A stretch of 40,106 bases of DNA from Trypethelium eluteriae (lineage: Eukaryota), in assembly GCA_051942245.1 (NCBI GenBank), contig JAVECL010000172.1, forward strand, positions 1 through 40,106, read 5' to 3'. Of this stretch, positions 37,835 through 40,106 are shown piece by piece. The translations under genes were made by a program, and so were the position numbers. Within the stretch, counting starts at the first letter, position 1; each line of letters opens with the position of its first letter. The notes under the pieces were generated by a model, which searched no databases, was not told where the DNA came from, and was given only the letters and a program-made list of their open reading frames with translations.

Positions 37835-39346
37835 ATGGACCGCTCGAAGTATTCTGCTGCTCCAATGGACTTTGCCTGGCAGAACAGTCATGGACCGGTG
37901 GATGAGTCTTCTGGTTTCGCCAAGTTGGGCGCTCAAGCCCAACAACGGCAACAGCAACAGCAGGCTGCTCACGCTGGTGTTAAGAGTAAGCAAAGCAATA
38001 TCAGCTTTACCAATCGATGACATGCTGACATTCTACACAGGGACGTTCTCAAACTTTAACGTCTTCTCAAAGGAACCCACTCCCAGCCTCCGCGAACCCA
38101 TGTCCCAGCCACATTTTTTCAGTAACGTCAACCCTCAGTCCGAGCTTAGTCCTAACCGGAATTCATCATTTAATACACCCCGAAAGCTCGATATAGACTT
38201 TTCCTCTGGAGGGGAGACACCCAACTCTCCTGAAACACCTGCAGACAGCGACGCCACGCCCGAGAGGAGAGAGAGCATGGGATTCCGCGGAGCATTTGCG
38301 CGACTGGCGGGGGGCTCATCATCGCAGGCAGGAAACACAGAGACTAGTATCCAAGATACACCGAAGGAAAAGAAGCCCTCCTTATTCCGGACCTTGACCA
38401 GTGCCAGTCCAGGGCGGGGCGAAATCGCCCGTGTTGCCTACTCTAATAAAGCCGCCAACAAAATCGTCAAGCGCCGACGCAAAGAAGCCTCTCAATCGGC
38501 ACTACTCCGCCACAAAAACAGTACTGCCTCTGACTCCGAGGAGTCTTCTCGACGATCCCCACGCAAAGCCTCCTCTAGCAGCGGGAAAAATAACGGCCGC
38601 GACGACGACCACAGAGGCCCACGCCAAAGCACGCTCGCCGCCCTTTTCTCCTTCCTCGAGACACACCCCAACCTCCCGCACATCCTCTCCTTCTACGCAC
38701 AGCTCCTGCTCAACCTCTTCCTTGTCTTCTCCTGCATGTACATCGCCTACTCGTTCTGGACGACCATCCGTTCAGACGTCGACTCTGCCTCGCACCGCGC
38801 TGTGACCGAGACACTTTCGGAGATGGCGGTCTGCGCGAGGAACTACCGAGAGAATCGGTGCGAGCCGAAAGAGGAGCGTGTGCCAGCGATGGAGAGTGTG
38901 TGCGGGAACTGGGAGCGATGCATGAAGCAGGATCCTGGAAGGGTGGGAAGGGCGAGGGTGAGCGCGCAGACGTTTGCAGAGATCTTCAATGGGTTTGTGG
39001 AGCCTATTAGTTATAAGGCGATGGTATGTAATGGCCTGGGTATCCTGCGCTGAGAACTAGGTAAACATGGCTGACAGGTGTGACACAGATTTTTACCTTC
39101 ATCCTGGTGTTCGGCTGCATTACTGTGTCCAACTTCGCGTTCGGGTTCTATAGGAGTCAGCGAGGGGCGGATCATGGGTTTGCAGCAGGTCCGCCACAAC
39201 CACCGCCAACGCCGCAGCGCCATTTCAGTGGGGACCAGCATGGGTTCTACACGCCATACAGGAATCAAGTGCAGCTTGAGCCTGGGTCGAATTATGAGGG
39301 TGGGCTTGAACAAGGGAGTCCAACAAGGCGACTCCAGTATTATTGA
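37835..39346 (+). CDS. BRL1: Nuclear envelope protein Brl1/Brr6 family, about 463 aa, 3 exons
   Basis: Exons 37835-37985, 38041-39023, 39089-39346; introns GTAAGC..GCTGAC..CAG and GTATGT..GCTGAC..CAG. APMDFAWQNSHGPVD N-terminus; TM1 (YAQLLLNLFLVFSCMYIAYSFW), four luminal Cys (CARNYRENRC...CGNWERCM), AEIFNGFVEPISYK and TM2. Confidence 0.9.
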
Positions 39347-39592
39347 AACGAACAGCTAAGGGCTCATTCTTTGCATTTCCCACGGCATATATTGGGTATT
39401 GGAAGGCGTTTGGCAAACATGATGACACTTTTGGTACTGGCGGAATTCCTTTGGAAAAGGAAATGTCACCTTTCAGAAGAAAGCGCCCGAAGAAAGCGCC
39501 AGAGGAGATTCTTCTTCAAACAGGAATTAAGTGAACTCTACTGGACCAGGCAATTTGATGTCTGACATAACCGTATCGAGAAGTACATACTC

Positions 39593-40106
39593 TCATCCTA
39601 GTCTATATGTAGCATTGAAATGTCTAGATACCCATGAATGCCCTTTCTCCAGATAATCGTCTCGTGAGACGAGCAGACCTTTCATCCTATCTTGATCTCC
39701 AGCCATCTTCGCTCCGCCAAGCCACGTTGCCTTGACTGGACTGCACTGCCATTAGCACCAATCGAATCTGGACAAGCTCGACTTACTCTGAAGGCCGTGT
39801 GAGATTCAGAAGGTTCTCAGCGGGTATCATAGACCGTAGTTCCGACTCCCTATAGACCGTCAGATAAAGTCAGGATTTCGGATAGACACGAGCAACAACG
39901 CACAGTCTCTCCATAAATCCAGGGATCTTAGCATTCCCACCCACCACAACCATATTCGCCATCATCCCCGGTCTCAAGGTCTCCGGCAGCGCCTCCAAAC
40001 TCTGCATAACCATTTCCGGCAGCCCCGCCTGCTTCATCCCAATATCGCTCGGCGTAAACAGCAGCTCCGGCACAACGAATCTCTCATTCCCCAGCGAAAA
40101 GACATC
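39593..40106 (-). CDS. ARP6: Actin-related protein 6 (SWR1 complex), 3' part; 5' end lies outside the window
   Basis: Exons >40106-39904, 39849-39787, 39740-39593. DVFSLGNERFVVPELLFTPSDIGMKQAGLPEMVMQSL...VVGGNAKIPGFMERL|ESELRSMIP...D|PVKATWLGG...VSRDDYLEKG is an actin-fold C-terminus with Arp6-type ERFxVPELLFxPSDIG. Confidence 0.87.

Noticed and set aside
37692..38040. 453-aa ORF beginning at TTG 37692 as the BRL1 N-terminus
   Set aside because: The ATG 37835 exon plus a canonical 55-nt intron gives the family-like PMDFxW N-terminus; the upstream extension is an artefact of frame.

Overview
Gene-dense eukaryotic DNA from a filamentous ascomycete (Pezizomycotina-type: short GT-AG introns with CTRAY branch points; two-gene fungal type-I FAS). 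I spliced the ORFs by hand into 12 protein-coding genes, two of them truncated by the window edges: SLT11 (3' part, +), MZM1 (-), an MFS transporter (+), a fungal NLR-like NACHT protein (-), ZUO1 (+), HIR3 (-), a ChAPs/exomer adaptor (+), a rhodanese-PTP tyrosine phosphatase (+), divergent FAS2 (-) and FAS1 (+), BRL1/BRR6 (+) and ARP6 (3' part, -). Most of the window is conserved housekeeping content. The accessory-looking part is about 1.1-9.1 kb (unexplained spacer, MFS gene, NLR gene). The best novelty candidate is the NLR: its N-terminal putative effector domain carries three degenerate 69-bp/23-aa tandem repeats, and its C-terminus has atypical ankyrin-like repeats. Secondary observations are unusual splice and uORF signals in the FAS1/FAS2 leaders and a recurring C-rich to G-rich switch near gene 3' ends. 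No tRNA, rRNA, CRISPR or recognisable transposon was found. Gene identities come from motif recognition by eye; no database search was run.
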